This document shows positions 19,074 to 28,688 of a DNA stretch of 59,089 nucleotides, piece by piece. Positions within the stretch are counted from its first letter, which is position 1; each line of letters begins with the position of its first letter. Source of the DNA: an uncultured Bacilli bacterium (GTDB taxonomy: Bacteria > Bacillota_I > Bacilli_A > RF39 > UBA660). The notes under the pieces are model-generated. The model did not search any database. It was not told where the DNA came from and saw only the letters and a program-made list of their open reading frames with translations. The stretch spans positions 1-59,089 of the forward strand of contig CAKPQS010000003.1 in the NCBI GenBank assembly GCA_934179675.1. The letters run 5' to 3'. The position numbers were made by a program, and so were the translations under genes.

Positions 19074-19184
19074 AATAATCACCTCATCACTATATAAATA
19101 ATACTTTATTTATAAAAATATGTCAAATTTAAATAAATTTTTTTATTTTAGCAAAAAAAATGATATAATGATTATGGTGATATT

Positions 19185-20870
19185 ATGGAAAATAAAAAAC
19201 AATCAAAAATATTAATTATTTTAGCGCTAATAGTTGCATTAAGCTTTTTAGTTTTTCTCGTAATTAATATTAAAAAAGAAAATCTTAATTTACTCATTAC
19301 AGCTCTATTAATTAGTTTAATGTCAATTCTATTATTAATTCCAACCAAAAAAAATAAAATTTATAACTTTATTGCACTCCTTATTATTGGATTAACAGGA
19401 TTTAATGCATACACATTTGCGCGACCAATAAATATAAAAAATGAAACTAATTATATTTTAAATTTACAAAATAAATCATTAACTGATGCTTTGAATTATG
19501 CAAAAGAAAATAATATAAATATAGTTGAAAAATATGATTACAGTGATTATATTGCCAAATATTATATTATAAATCAAAACATAATAAATGAACCATTAAA
19601 TAATATAAAAGAACTAGAACTAATTATATCTAAAGGACCAAACTATGATTTAACAACAACAATTCCATCATTTGTAGGCGAAAATATAGATGAATTAATC
19701 AAATTTATAAATAATAATTATCTAAATAATGTTGAAATAAACTTTATTACAAATGAAAATGAACCAAATACAATAATAAGTCAATCATTAACAGGAAACA
19801 TAAAAAGAAATGATAAATTAGTAATCGAAGTTGCCAAAGCCGAATTTAAAGAAATAGAAATGACTAATTTAGTAAACAAATCATTATTTGAGGCTAAACT
19901 ATGGTTAGATATGAATAACATAAAATATAAAGTTGAATATGATTATAATGAAATTGATAAAAATTATATATTTAAACAAAGCATTAATGAAAATACTAAA
20001 TTAACAGAAAATGATAATGTTACAATATATGTTTCCAAAGGAAAAAGTATAACTGTTCCAAATTTAAAAGAAATGTCTAAAGAAGAAATAACAAAATGGA
20101 TAACAGATAATAACTTAAATGTTGAATACAAAGAAGATTATAATAAAGAATATGAAATGGGCAAAATAATAGATACTAATTATAAAAAAAATGATGTTAT
20201 TGAACAAGGAACAACAATTATAATAACAACAAGTAAAGGAACACTTAAAATGATTAAATTTACTACTCTATCTGATTTTAAAATATGGGCAGCAAATAAT
20301 AATATAAAATATGATATAAATTATAGTTTTAGTAATACTGTTCCTAAAAATGGTTTAATAAAATCATCTCATAACGAAGAAGACGTTATAGCCGATTCTG
20401 ATACTATAATATTAACAATATCAAACGGAAAAGCAGTAACAATGCCTAATTTTAAAGGAATGAAGAAATCAGAAATTGAAAATAAATGTAATTCGTTAAA
20501 TCTTAACTGTTCATTTTATTACTATGGCTACACAATTGGAACAGAAAAAGATATTGCTATAACACAAACAATAAATGCATCTAAACAAGTAGCAACAGGA
20601 ACATATGTAAAAATATCATTAAGTAGTGGTATTGCAAAAACATTTACAATAGAAATAAATGAAACAGATTTAGTTATTAATAATGCATCTAAAACAATTG
20701 AAAATCTGAAAAAATTATTTAATCAAAAATATCCAGGAGTTATATTTACATTTACAACTAAAGCAAGTAATACATATAATAATGCTGGATTCATCCATGA
20801 AAATTCTAATGTAAAAAATGGTACAAAAGTAGTACAAGGTAAAACATACACAGTAACAATAACAAGTTAA
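19185..20870 (+). CDS. Membrane protein with multiple PASTA-like repeats and no kinase or PBP domain
   Basis: 561 aa with three N-terminal TM helices. These are followed by repeats of about 65-70 aa such as ISKGPNYDLTTTIPSFVGENIDEL..., YVSKGKSITVPNLKEMSKEEITKWITDNNL... and ISNGKAVTMPNFKGMKKSEIENKCNSLNL..., which fit the PASTA pattern (vP.l.G.s..ea...l...gl). Confidence 0.6.
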   Translation: MENKKQSKILIILALIVALSFLVFLVINIKKENLNLLITALLISLMSILLLIPTKKNKIYNFIALLIIGLTGFNAYTFARPINIKNETNYILNLQNKSLTDALNYAKENNINIVEKYDYSDYIAKYYIINQNIINEPLNNIKELELIISKGPNYDLTTTIPSFVGENIDELIKFINNNYLNNVEINFITNENEPNTIISQSLTGNIKRNDKLVIEVAKAEFKEIEMTNLVNKSLFEAKLWLDMNNIKYKVEYDYNEIDKNYIFKQSINENTKLTENDNVTIYVSKGKSITVPNLKEMSKEEITKWITDNNLNVEYKEDYNKEYEMGKIIDTNYKKNDVIEQGTTIIITTSKGTLKMIKFTTLSDFKIWAANNNIKYDINYSFSNTVPKNGLIKSSHNEEDVIADSDTIILTISNGKAVTMPNFKGMKKSEIENKCNSLNLNCSFYYYGYTIGTEKDIAITQTINASKQVATGTYVKISLSSGIAKTFTIEINETDLVINNASKTIENLKKLFNQKYPGVIFTFTTKASNTYNNAGFIHENSNVKNGTKVVQGKTYTVTITS

Positions 20871-20894
20871 GAGAGTTCAAATTGAACTCTTTTT
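20871..20894 (+). terminator. Intrinsic terminator after the PASTA-repeat gene
   Basis: AGAGTTCAA-at-TTGAACTCT followed by TTTTT. Confidence 0.7.
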
Positions 20895-20896
20895 AA

Positions 20897-21622
20897 CTAT
20901 TTATTAAAAAAGCTCAAATATTTTTTTTCTTCGATATAATTATTTTTATATTTTATATAATGATATCTTCCTTTATACATATAATTAATATTATCAATCT
21001 TTTTTATAAATAAAAAATTAAAATTATATAATAATCTTTCTAAAATAAACATATTAAATAAATATTTTCTATTTTTATAAAATTCAATTGATCTCATAAA
21101 TAAAATACTAAATATTAATATATAAATTAAATTAAAATTAAAAATAAAATAAATCAAAATTGATAATGATAAAATATAACTACTAATAAATAAAAATTTA
21201 TTACTTTTTTTATAAGGAAAAATTAAATATAAAAAACAAACAAATATTTTTGAACCATCTAAAGGATAAATTGGTAATAAATTAAAAACAATTAAAAATA
21301 AATGAATCTCATAATATTTCTTCAAAACTAAATAACATAAACATTGAAAAAGCGGTCCACTAATTGCAATTAAAAAATTTTTAATAATTGAATCATTTAT
21401 TTTCATATCAAATATAGTTAATAATCCACAAGGATATACATTAATTTTCATAACTTTATACCCAAAACCAAAAGCTACAATTATATGCCCAAATTCATGA
21501 ACAATTAAATAGATCATCATAAACAAAAAAGGCTTAAAAAAGCCTGTTACTAAGAAAATAAAAGAAAAAACATAAAATAAAGGATTAATGTATATATTCT
21601 TCATAATTAAGTATATTGCCAT
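20897..21622 (-). CDS. spoIVFB: Site-2 (M50) intramembrane metalloprotease, SpoIVFB-like
   Basis: HEFGHIIVA (HExxH inside a TM helix) and NLLPIYPLDGSKI (NxxPxxxxDG) are present. It lies downstream of mreCD and a degenerate LytM protein, as in the Bacillus spoIVF locus. Confidence 0.7.
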   Translation of the reverse strand: MAIYLIMKNIYINPLFYVFSFIFLVTGFFKPFLFMMIYLIVHEFGHIIVAFGFGYKVMKINVYPCGLLTIFDMKINDSIIKNFLIAISGPLFQCLCYLVLKKYYEIHLFLIVFNLLPIYPLDGSKIFVCFLYLIFPYKKSNKFLFISSYILSLSILIYFIFNFNLIYILIFSILFMRSIEFYKNRKYLFNMFILERLLYNFNFLFIKKIDNINYMYKGRYHYIKYKNNYIEEKKYLSFFNK

Positions 21623-22100
21623 CCTTTTTAAAAACCAAATAAATACTACTATCCTTAGAAGTTCCTATTAGTTCACCCTCTTTAATATAATCATATAATT
21701 TAACAGACTCATTAATATTTGCATACCAAACATCTATACCAGTATTAAGTGAAATAATAACAGTATTTCCATAATTTTCTTTTTCACCAATAAAAAGTAC
21801 TAAACCTGTACCAATTGATGGAATTAAATAATTGTTTTCAACTGTTAACTTAACACCATCTAAATAAGGTTCCTCTAAACTATAAGATAATTTTTCATTA
21901 AAAACCTGAACATTATTATTTTTAAAAAATAAAAGTGAACCAAAATATTTTTCATACCAATTATTTATTTTTATAAAAGGCATACTTGTTTCATAAACAT
22001 GACTATAAAAGAAATTATTAAATTTTTTATTTGTTTTTATACTTATAAGAATAACAAGAGTAATTATTACTACTATTAATATTTTGTTTATTTTTCTCAT
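21585..22100 (-). CDS. spoIVFA: Membrane-anchored degenerate LytM/M23-domain protein, SpoIVFA-like
   Basis: 171 aa with an N-terminal TM helix. The C-terminal GTGLVLFIGEKENYGNTVIISLNTGIDVWYANI...GELIGTS...IYLVFKKDG follows the M23 fold pattern, but the His and Asp metal ligands are replaced. It overlaps mreD by 74 nt, so the start is uncertain. Confidence 0.45.
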   Translation of the reverse strand: MRKINKILIVVIITLVILISIKTNKKFNNFFYSHVYETSMPFIKINNWYEKYFGSLLFFKNNNVQVFNEKLSYSLEEPYLDGVKLTVENNYLIPSIGTGLVLFIGEKENYGNTVIISLNTGIDVWYANINESVKLYDYIKEGELIGTSKDSSIYLVFKKDGNILNYEEYIH

Positions 22101-22443
22101 ACTTAATTATATTAATTAATAAATAAAATATACATGGAATAAAAGAAAATAAAAATATCCTTTTATAATCAAATGAACTTACAGTAATTAAATAATATAT
22201 AAAAACCATAAAATAAAGAATAAATAAATTTAAAAATATATTTTTTTTGAAAAATTTATAAATTAAATTAGTAATTAAATACCATCCAATTAAATAAAAA
22301 CAATAATATTTAATATAAAATAAATCCATAAATAATCCTAAAATGATTATATTTAATAAATTAGTTCTAAAAAGAAAAAAATAATTAAAAGCAATTAATG
22401 TATTAATACCAAAATAGCTCAAAATAATATCTGAAATAATCAT
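22027..22443 (-). CDS. mreD: Rod shape-determining protein MreD (polytopic membrane protein)
   Basis: 138 aa and very hydrophobic. It overlaps the mreC stop by 4 nt. The call rests mainly on position. Confidence 0.5.
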   Translation of the reverse strand: MIISDIILSYFGINTLIAFNYFFLFRTNLLNIIILGLFMDLFYIKYYCFYLIGWYLITNLIYKFFKKNIFLNLFILYFMVFIYYLITVSSFDYKRIFLFSFIPCIFYLLINIIKYEKNKQNINSSNNYSCYSYKYKNK

Positions 22444-23168
22444 TTAATAATGACACCTACTATATCATAAAAATCATAACTTTTTACTTTTAATATTTTA
22501 GCAAGTTCAAAATCATCATAAGATATTTCTTCAACATCACCAATCAATAATCCACTTGGAATATCCATTGAAAATTTACCTGTAACAACATGATCACCAA
22601 TTTTCACATCACCACTTATTCCACTTATATAATAATAACCATCTTTATAATAATCTATTTGACCATAACAATTACTCGAACTTATCATAACAGGATATTT
22701 CATATTAGTAATTAATTTTACACGGCTATAATTATCACCTACTTCATTTACAATACCAATAAATGATCCACTTGTAATAACAGCATTACCAATTTTAATA
22801 TTTTCTTTTTTCCCTTTATTTATAACTAAATAATCATACATATATGATTTTTCTATAATATCAGCATAAATAATAGTATAACTATTTTTAGGAATATTTA
22901 ATTGATTTCTTAATTCATTATTTTCTTTTTCTAACATTTCATAACTTACTATTAATTCTTCATAAGAATTAATCTTTTTTTCATAATCATCTATTACTGA
23001 AAGCAAATAAGTTTTCGTACTATTAAGTCTTTTTTTATAATTTATTTTTTTAACAACATAACTAAATTTATTTAAAATAAAGGCTTTTGTTTCATTAAAA
23101 AAATTAAATTTCCAAGCCATTGTACATATAACAGCAATACTAAGTAATATTACTATTATTTTTTTCAT
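22440..23168 (-). CDS. mreC: Rod shape-determining protein MreC
   Basis: 242 aa with an N-terminal TM helix, a coiled coil (YEMLEKENNELRNQL) and a C-terminal beta-domain (VITSG...PSGLLIGDVEEI). Confidence 0.75.
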   Translation of the reverse strand: MKKIIVILLSIAVICTMAWKFNFFNETKAFILNKFSYVVKKINYKKRLNSTKTYLLSVIDDYEKKINSYEELIVSYEMLEKENNELRNQLNIPKNSYTIIYADIIEKSYMYDYLVINKGKKENIKIGNAVITSGSFIGIVNEVGDNYSRVKLITNMKYPVMISSSNCYGQIDYYKDGYYYISGISGDVKIGDHVVTGKFSMDIPSGLLIGDVEEISYDDFELAKILKVKSYDFYDIVGVIIK

Positions 23169-23842
23169 AAATCACCATTTTCAAAAAAACTATAATAACC
23201 ATTTTTACTAATTATTATATGATCATTTATATCAAACCCCATGATTTTACCAATATTTATCAATGATTTTGTTAAATATATATCTTCATTACTAGGATTT
23301 AAAATACCACTTGGATGATTATGAACACATATTATACTAGACGCACTTAATAAATAAGCTTCTTTAAATATTTCTCGTGGATGAACTAAACTACGATCTA
23401 ATGTACCTTTAAATAATAGTTTATATGATAAAATTCTTTTATGTTTGTCTAAATAAATACAATAAAAATTTTCTTGCATTTCTGCACCAATTTTATCTTT
23501 AAAATATTCATATATTAAATCAGGAGATTTAAAAATAACATTATTTAATGTATTTATATTTTGATTCATCCTTTTTGATAATTCAATTAAAGCAAGTAAT
23601 ATACATGCTTTAGCATTCCCTATTCCTTCAATTTTAATTAATTCTTGATAATTTTTATTTTTTAATTCTCCAATATTTTTAATACTACAAAGTAATGTAT
23701 TAGCAATATCTTTTACTCCTTTATTTTTATTTCCACTTCCCAAAATTATCGATATCAATTCTTCATTACTTAAATTTTCAGCACCAATTTCAAGTAATCT
23801 TTCCCTAGGGCGATCATTCACTGGAATACTCTTTATTTTCAT
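23165..23842 (-). CDS. radC: RadC-family JAB/MPN domain protein
   Basis: The start is set at the ATG at 23842 (GAGGAGG upstream). MKIKSIPVNDRPRERL, an HhH segment, and the JAMM motif HNHPSG...PS.ED are present. Confidence 0.85.
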   Translation of the reverse strand: MKIKSIPVNDRPRERLLEIGAENLSNEELISIILGSGNKNKGVKDIANTLLCSIKNIGELKNKNYQELIKIEGIGNAKACILLALIELSKRMNQNINTLNNVIFKSPDLIYEYFKDKIGAEMQENFYCIYLDKHKRILSYKLLFKGTLDRSLVHPREIFKEAYLLSASSIICVHNHPSGILNPSNEDIYLTKSLINIGKIMGFDINDHIIISKNGYYSFFENGDL

Positions 23843-24272
23843 TATATACCTCCTCGTAAACACTAAGAACATTAGCATTTATTGCTTCAATAGTTTTTTG
23901 ATCATTTGTTTTTTCTAATAACAAATCATATTGTTTTAAAGTTTCTGTAAAATTATTTGCGTTCATATTAACTTCTTTCACATATATACTATACCCTAAA
24001 TCTTCAAAATAACCTTTTAATTTATCAACATTGTTAGAATTTGTTGTGAAAGCTGAATATACATAATACATATCACCATTTTTTTCATATATGTAGTAAT
24101 TTAAATTAACATTTTCTTTAACTGAATCAAGACTTGAATATACACCTTGTTGAAAAACATAAACATTTACACTTTCATTAAATGTCATTGTAGCATTATA
24201 AGAAGAATAAAATAGTTTAGTAAAAACTAGACCTACAACAAGTCCAAAAATAATAGGTAAAATCTTTTTCAT
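23814..24272 (-). CDS. Membrane-anchored protein, possibly SPOR-domain-like, hypothetical
   Basis: 152 aa with an N-terminal TM helix. The segment YVFQQGVYSSLDSVKENV...YYVYSAFTTNSNNVDKLKGYFEDLGY is reminiscent of SPOR repeats. This is a weak call. Confidence 0.3.
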   Translation of the reverse strand: MKKILPIIFGLVVGLVFTKLFYSSYNATMTFNESVNVYVFQQGVYSSLDSVKENVNLNYYIYEKNGDMYYVYSAFTTNSNNVDKLKGYFEDLGYSIYVKEVNMNANNFTETLKQYDLLLEKTNDQKTIEAINANVLSVYEEVYNENKEYSSE

Positions 24273-24349
24273 TTTTTAATTCCTTTCAAATTTATTATAC
24301 AATTATTGTTTTAAAAATTATGTCAAAAAAAAGAAAGATATAAATCTTT

Positions 24350-25273
24350 CTAATTTTTGTATAACAAAAATTTTATTATTGATGATACAAAGAAAAATGA
24401 TAACCCTGATGTTAAGCCAATCAAAAATATAAATAGTAAATTTTGTATAAACCCATTTTGATTATCATACATAAACAGTTTACTTGATGCACTGCCAGAT
24501 GTAAAAGTTAAATTCTTCCCTTTTCCACCCTCATTTTCAATTTCTTTATTGATTTTATTTAATTTTTTTATTACTTCTTCTCTTTCTTTTAATAATTCAT
24601 CAATAATCATTTTTTTTCTAATATCATCACTTGCATATATTTTATAAAGGTCAATTAATCTTTTATAATTAGGAATTATTAAATTCATAAATGCAGGTAT
24701 ATTATTAGGTTGAATATTGCTATAAGTTATTTGTTTAATACTTTCAAAATATTTAGGTTGTTCATCATTTAATTCTTTTACTATAGGTAATATATCTTTT
24801 AAATAATACTGAAATAAAAATTTTATTAATTCTTCTTTTAAAAGTAATAGATCATTAAAAATAAATTTATTACTAATCATATCATCATAATTTGTATTTG
24901 CCGAAGGACATAATAATTTTTTTTCATTTTTATCAATTTTATATGAACTCAAAGGTAATTTTTGACTAAACAAATATGACAAAATTATATTTTTAAAATA
25001 ATCCATACGAAATTTTTTATATTCTTCTTCTGTTGGTAACATACAAGTCTTGTAAATAAGTGGCACTAATTCAATTCTATCTCTTATATTTTTAGTATCA
25101 TAAGATCCCAAAATATTTTTATTGGCGTCATAATATTCAGCTATAGTTATAACTTGATAGTTTCTATTTACATTATCAGGATAAAAAATATTATAAATAT
25201 GATTAATATTTCTTCTAAAACTTTGATTCTTTAATATATCTTCATCAAATGTAACAACTTCCATATTAATCAC
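24350..25273 (-). CDS. Tail-anchored protein, hypothetical (307 aa)
   Basis: A single C-terminal TM helix (LLFIFLIGLTSGLSFFFVSSII). No family recognised. Confidence 0.5.
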   Translation of the reverse strand: MINMEVVTFDEDILKNQSFRRNINHIYNIFYPDNVNRNYQVITIAEYYDANKNILGSYDTKNIRDRIELVPLIYKTCMLPTEEEYKKFRMDYFKNIILSYLFSQKLPLSSYKIDKNEKKLLCPSANTNYDDMISNKFIFNDLLLLKEELIKFLFQYYLKDILPIVKELNDEQPKYFESIKQITYSNIQPNNIPAFMNLIIPNYKRLIDLYKIYASDDIRKKMIIDELLKEREEVIKKLNKINKEIENEGGKGKNLTFTSGSASSKLFMYDNQNGFIQNLLFIFLIGLTSGLSFFFVSSIIKFLLYKN

Positions 25274-25347
25274 ACTCCTATCATTACTTTAGTACCCTAT
25301 TATTAATATACCATATCTAAAAAGAAAAAACAATTATTAAAATTGTT

Positions 25348-26193
25348 TTAGATGATTTTTTTACATTTTAATATATAGAATAAACCTATACCTGATAAAA
25401 TTATAGTAACAATTATGTAAGGTAATTTATTAACTTTATTTGAAACTTCCAAAAATACACCTGTACCTGGATAATCAAATTTTAGTTGAGCATATTCGGT
25501 ACTTATTTTTTTTAAAGTTGATACTTCATAATTATTTTCTTCATCATCAGTTGTAGAAGGTGTTTTTTCATAAAAATCAAATCTATTACTATATACTTTA
25601 TCTTCATAAGGTTTAAAATAATATAATGTTTTATATTTTTCCTTAACACCATTAGGATTAGAGCTTAAATCAATGTTCAATAATTTAGCAAGTTGATTTT
25701 CTAATTTTAAATTACCAGAAAGACTTACTTTATCATTTTTCCAAGCACTACCTTCATTAGTACGATAATAAACTTCCAAAATAGGATTTTCAATTGTAAA
25801 ACTTAAATTTTTTTCGCTTGCTATATTATTTGGCATCACATTTTCTGATATGCTATTTCCAAACATTCCACCAGCATAACCAACAAATATTTTATTATTA
25901 ATATTTTTAAACTTTCCATTAGGATCAGGAATAATCGTTACCTTTATATTACCAAAAACTTTTAAATAATCACTTGAACTTTGATTAAGTGCAAAATTCA
26001 ATTGTTCAGCATTTAAATTTGCAATATCTCCTAAATAATCAATTTTGAATATATATCTTTCATCTATATAACTTCTAGTTGAAGTAGTAAGAACATTTTT
26101 TTCATATTCTATTTTTATTTCGTTTAAAACATCTGATGCTTTTACATTTATTAATAATAAAAAACATAGAACAAACAAATAAATCTTTTTCAT
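25348..26193 (-). CDS. Exported protein with signal peptide and a C-terminal TM anchor, hypothetical (281 aa)
   Basis: Signal peptide MKKIYLFVLCFLLLINVKA and C-terminal anchor LPYIIVTIILSGIGLFYIL-KCKK. There is no LPxTG motif. Confidence 0.5.
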   Translation of the reverse strand: MKKIYLFVLCFLLLINVKASDVLNEIKIEYEKNVLTTSTRSYIDERYIFKIDYLGDIANLNAEQLNFALNQSSSDYLKVFGNIKVTIIPDPNGKFKNINNKIFVGYAGGMFGNSISENVMPNNIASEKNLSFTIENPILEVYYRTNEGSAWKNDKVSLSGNLKLENQLAKLLNIDLSSNPNGVKEKYKTLYYFKPYEDKVYSNRFDFYEKTPSTTDDEENNYEVSTLKKISTEYAQLKFDYPGTGVFLEVSNKVNKLPYIIVTIILSGIGLFYILKCKKII

Positions 26194-26284
26194 TTTTCCC
26201 CCTCATTAAATATTATTCTATTCGACAAAAACTATATCAATTTTCACTTTTTTAATGTATAATTATCTATTATAGGGGTGAAAC

Positions 26285-27517
26285 ATGAAAAAAATATTTA
26301 TCTTTATTACCATATTAGTTATTACATTATTTATTATAGATATTAATAATTTTAATAATAAAATATATAAAAAATTAGAAAATGAACATATAGATATTGA
26401 TGAATTATATATATATGGTAGATATTTCAATATCAAAGGTCATGCTAATTTTGATATTGAAAATGCTCAATTAATATTTTTAAATAGTTTATTTGAAGAA
26501 ACAAAATATGACATTAAAATAGAAAATAATTATTTTTATATAAGTGATAAAATAAATGGTGGTATTAATTTAGAAAAGATAAATTATGATAATTACATAA
26601 TTTTATTATCTATAAATAATAAATATTATCCTTTAAAAAACAATACTAAATATGATGGTGCTGAATATTATTCAATAACATCAAATAATCAAATTAATTA
26701 TTTAAAATTTACATTTTCCAAATTTAAAGATAAAAGCTTTCTTAAAATTAAAAATAAAAAAATAGCTGTACCTAATAATATATATGATATTGTAATTGAT
26801 CCAGGACATGGTGGCTATGATGTAGGTGCTATAAATGATAATATTTATGAATCAAATATAGATTTAGATATTTCTTTAAAACTTAAAAAAGAATTAGAAA
26901 ATCAAGGATTTAAAGTAAAATTAACTAGAGAAGATGATACTAATCCTAGTCCATATGGAAAAAATGGTCGTGCTACTACTCCTTATGAAGTAAAAGCCAA
27001 AATATTTCTTTCAATTCATGTTAATAGCACACCAAATTCTATCATAAATGGTGGAATTGAAGTATATGCTTCACCATCTATGAATTATGATTTTGCATAT
27101 AATATCGCAACTAAAGTAAAAGAATATGCAAATACTACGTATTCTCCATTACAATTATATAAAATTAAAAATGGTGTATATGTTAAAACATTATCTAAAC
27201 AAGATATAGAAGATGCAAAACAAAATGCAAAAAATAATGGATACACATATTATGAAAATGTTACAACAAATACACCTTGGTATTTTTATAATAGAGAAAC
27301 TGGAGGTTATATGACAGGAGCATATATGGATGGAAGAAATAAAGATTATCCAGCAAATAGTTATTATAATTCCAATATGGGAATTGAAGGATATTTGCTA
27401 GAGCTTGGATATATAACATGCAAAAAAGATTTAAATAATCTTATTAATAATAAAGATGGATATGCTAAAGGAATTGCTAAAGCAATTGTAAATGAATTAA
27501 AAAGTGATCAAAATTGA
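26285..27517 (+). CDS. N-acetylmuramoyl-L-alanine amidase (Amidase_3) with a membrane anchor and an N-terminal accessory domain
   Basis: 410 aa. VIDPGHGGYDVGA, the TREDD region and FLSIHVNS (Zn ligands) are present. Confidence 0.85.
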   Translation: MKKIFIFITILVITLFIIDINNFNNKIYKKLENEHIDIDELYIYGRYFNIKGHANFDIENAQLIFLNSLFEETKYDIKIENNYFYISDKINGGINLEKINYDNYIILLSINNKYYPLKNNTKYDGAEYYSITSNNQINYLKFTFSKFKDKSFLKIKNKKIAVPNNIYDIVIDPGHGGYDVGAINDNIYESNIDLDISLKLKKELENQGFKVKLTREDDTNPSPYGKNGRATTPYEVKAKIFLSIHVNSTPNSIINGGIEVYASPSMNYDFAYNIATKVKEYANTTYSPLQLYKIKNGVYVKTLSKQDIEDAKQNAKNNGYTYYENVTTNTPWYFYNRETGGYMTGAYMDGRNKDYPANSYYNSNMGIEGYLLELGYITCKKDLNNLINNKDGYAKGIAKAIVNELKSDQN

Positions 27518-27527
27518 TCACTTTTTT
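27500..27527. terminator. Bidirectional terminator between the convergent amidase and plsC genes
   Basis: AAAAGTGATCA-aaat-TGATCACTTTT with T-runs on both strands. It overlaps the last codons of the amidase gene. Confidence 0.65.
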
Positions 27528-28111
27528 ATACCTAAATTTTCTTCTTTCAATGTTTTTATTACATTAAATAATTTTTCATTTGCTTCTTCTTTTGTCATAT
27601 CAGTTACTTTAAATGGTTCACCAAATCTAACTAATAAATTGCCACCTTTTTCATATTTACCAGTAACAGCAAACGGAACAATTGTTGCGTCAGCTTTTTG
27701 GGCCATTGAAACAGCACCATATTTAAAAGGTAATAAAAAGGCATCTGTTTTATTTCTTGTTCCTTCCGGAAATATTCCAATGGCTCCACCTTTTTTTAAT
27801 ATGTTTATTGCTTTTTCTTTTGCTTTTTTAGCTTCTTCATGATTTTCTCTATCAACACTAATACATCCTACCATTTTAAAAAACCATCTTGTTTTAAAAT
27901 CATCAAAATATTCTTTTTTTGCCATGTAATGAACTACCCTTGGTATTTCAAAAAGTGGACCACATTGATCCAAAACATGATAATGATTACCACATAATAT
28001 TATTGGACCTTCTTTTGGAACTACATCAGCATTAATTACAGTAGGTTCATATTTTTTATAAAAAATAGGTTTTAATATTTTTTTTGTTAACTTATAACCC
28101 AAATCACTCAT
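27518..28111 (-). CDS. plsC: 1-acyl-sn-glycerol-3-phosphate acyltransferase family protein (paralogue 2)
   Basis: 197 aa. CGNHYHVLD (HxxxxD) and IFPEGTRN are present. Confidence 0.8.
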   Translation of the reverse strand: MSDLGYKLTKKILKPIFYKKYEPTVINADVVPKEGPIILCGNHYHVLDQCGPLFEIPRVVHYMAKKEYFDDFKTRWFFKMVGCISVDRENHEEAKKAKEKAINILKKGGAIGIFPEGTRNKTDAFLLPFKYGAVSMAQKADATIVPFAVTGKYEKGGNLLVRFGEPFKVTDMTKEEANEKLFNVIKTLKEENLGIKK

Positions 28112-28688
28112 TGCATTCTCCTTTTATCAAATTTGTTACTTTTTCCATTAAAATATTATTTTCTTTTTCTAAATCATTACTAACTTTATAAGGCTTACCA
28201 AATGTAATTTTTAATTTACCAAAAAATTTATACTCACCAGTAATACTAAATGGAACAATATAAGCATTTGCTTCTTTAGCCATTTTAACAGCACCATACT
28301 TAAATGGCATAATTATATTTTTAGTTTTATTAGTAGTACCTTCAGGAAAAATACCAATAACATTATTATTATTTAAATTATTAATAGCTTCTTTTAGAGC
28401 TAATGGATTTTTATTTTTTCTATCAACAGGAATTATCCCCATACCTTTAAAGAACCATTTCATTTTTGTATCTAATAATTCTTTCTTTGCAAGAAAATGT
28501 ACCGCTCTACTTGTAGAACATACAAGTGAAGCACAATCAAAATTTGATTTATGATTACCAGCAAGAACAACTGGACTATTTTCAGGAATATTATTTTTAT
28601 TAATATATTTAGGTCTAAACAATATATAAAATATTGGTGTACCAAATATTTTAACAATCCAATATAAAATTAAATTCATTTTTATCAC
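28104..28688 (-). CDS. plsC: 1-acyl-sn-glycerol-3-phosphate acyltransferase family protein (paralogue 1)
   Basis: 194 aa. AGNHKSNFD (HxxxxD) and IFPEGTTN are present. It overlaps the next paralogue by 8 nt. Confidence 0.8.
   Translation of the reverse strand: MIKMNLILYWIVKIFGTPIFYILFRPKYINKNNIPENSPVVLAGNHKSNFDCASLVCSTSRAVHFLAKKELLDTKMKWFFKGMGIIPVDRKNKNPLALKEAINNLNNNNVIGIFPEGTTNKTKNIIMPFKYGAVKMAKEANAYIVPFSITGEYKFFGKLKITFGKPYKVSNDLEKENNILMEKVTNLIKGECNE

Noticed and set aside
18782-19075. Two overlapping ORFs (18782..19075 on the plus strand and 18854..19066 on the minus strand) in the GC-rich patch, giving His/Asp/Val-rich repeats.
   Set aside because: They are alternative frames of the GPGW/GYY-coding repeats. 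The repetitive GC-rich sequence keeps several frames open by chance.
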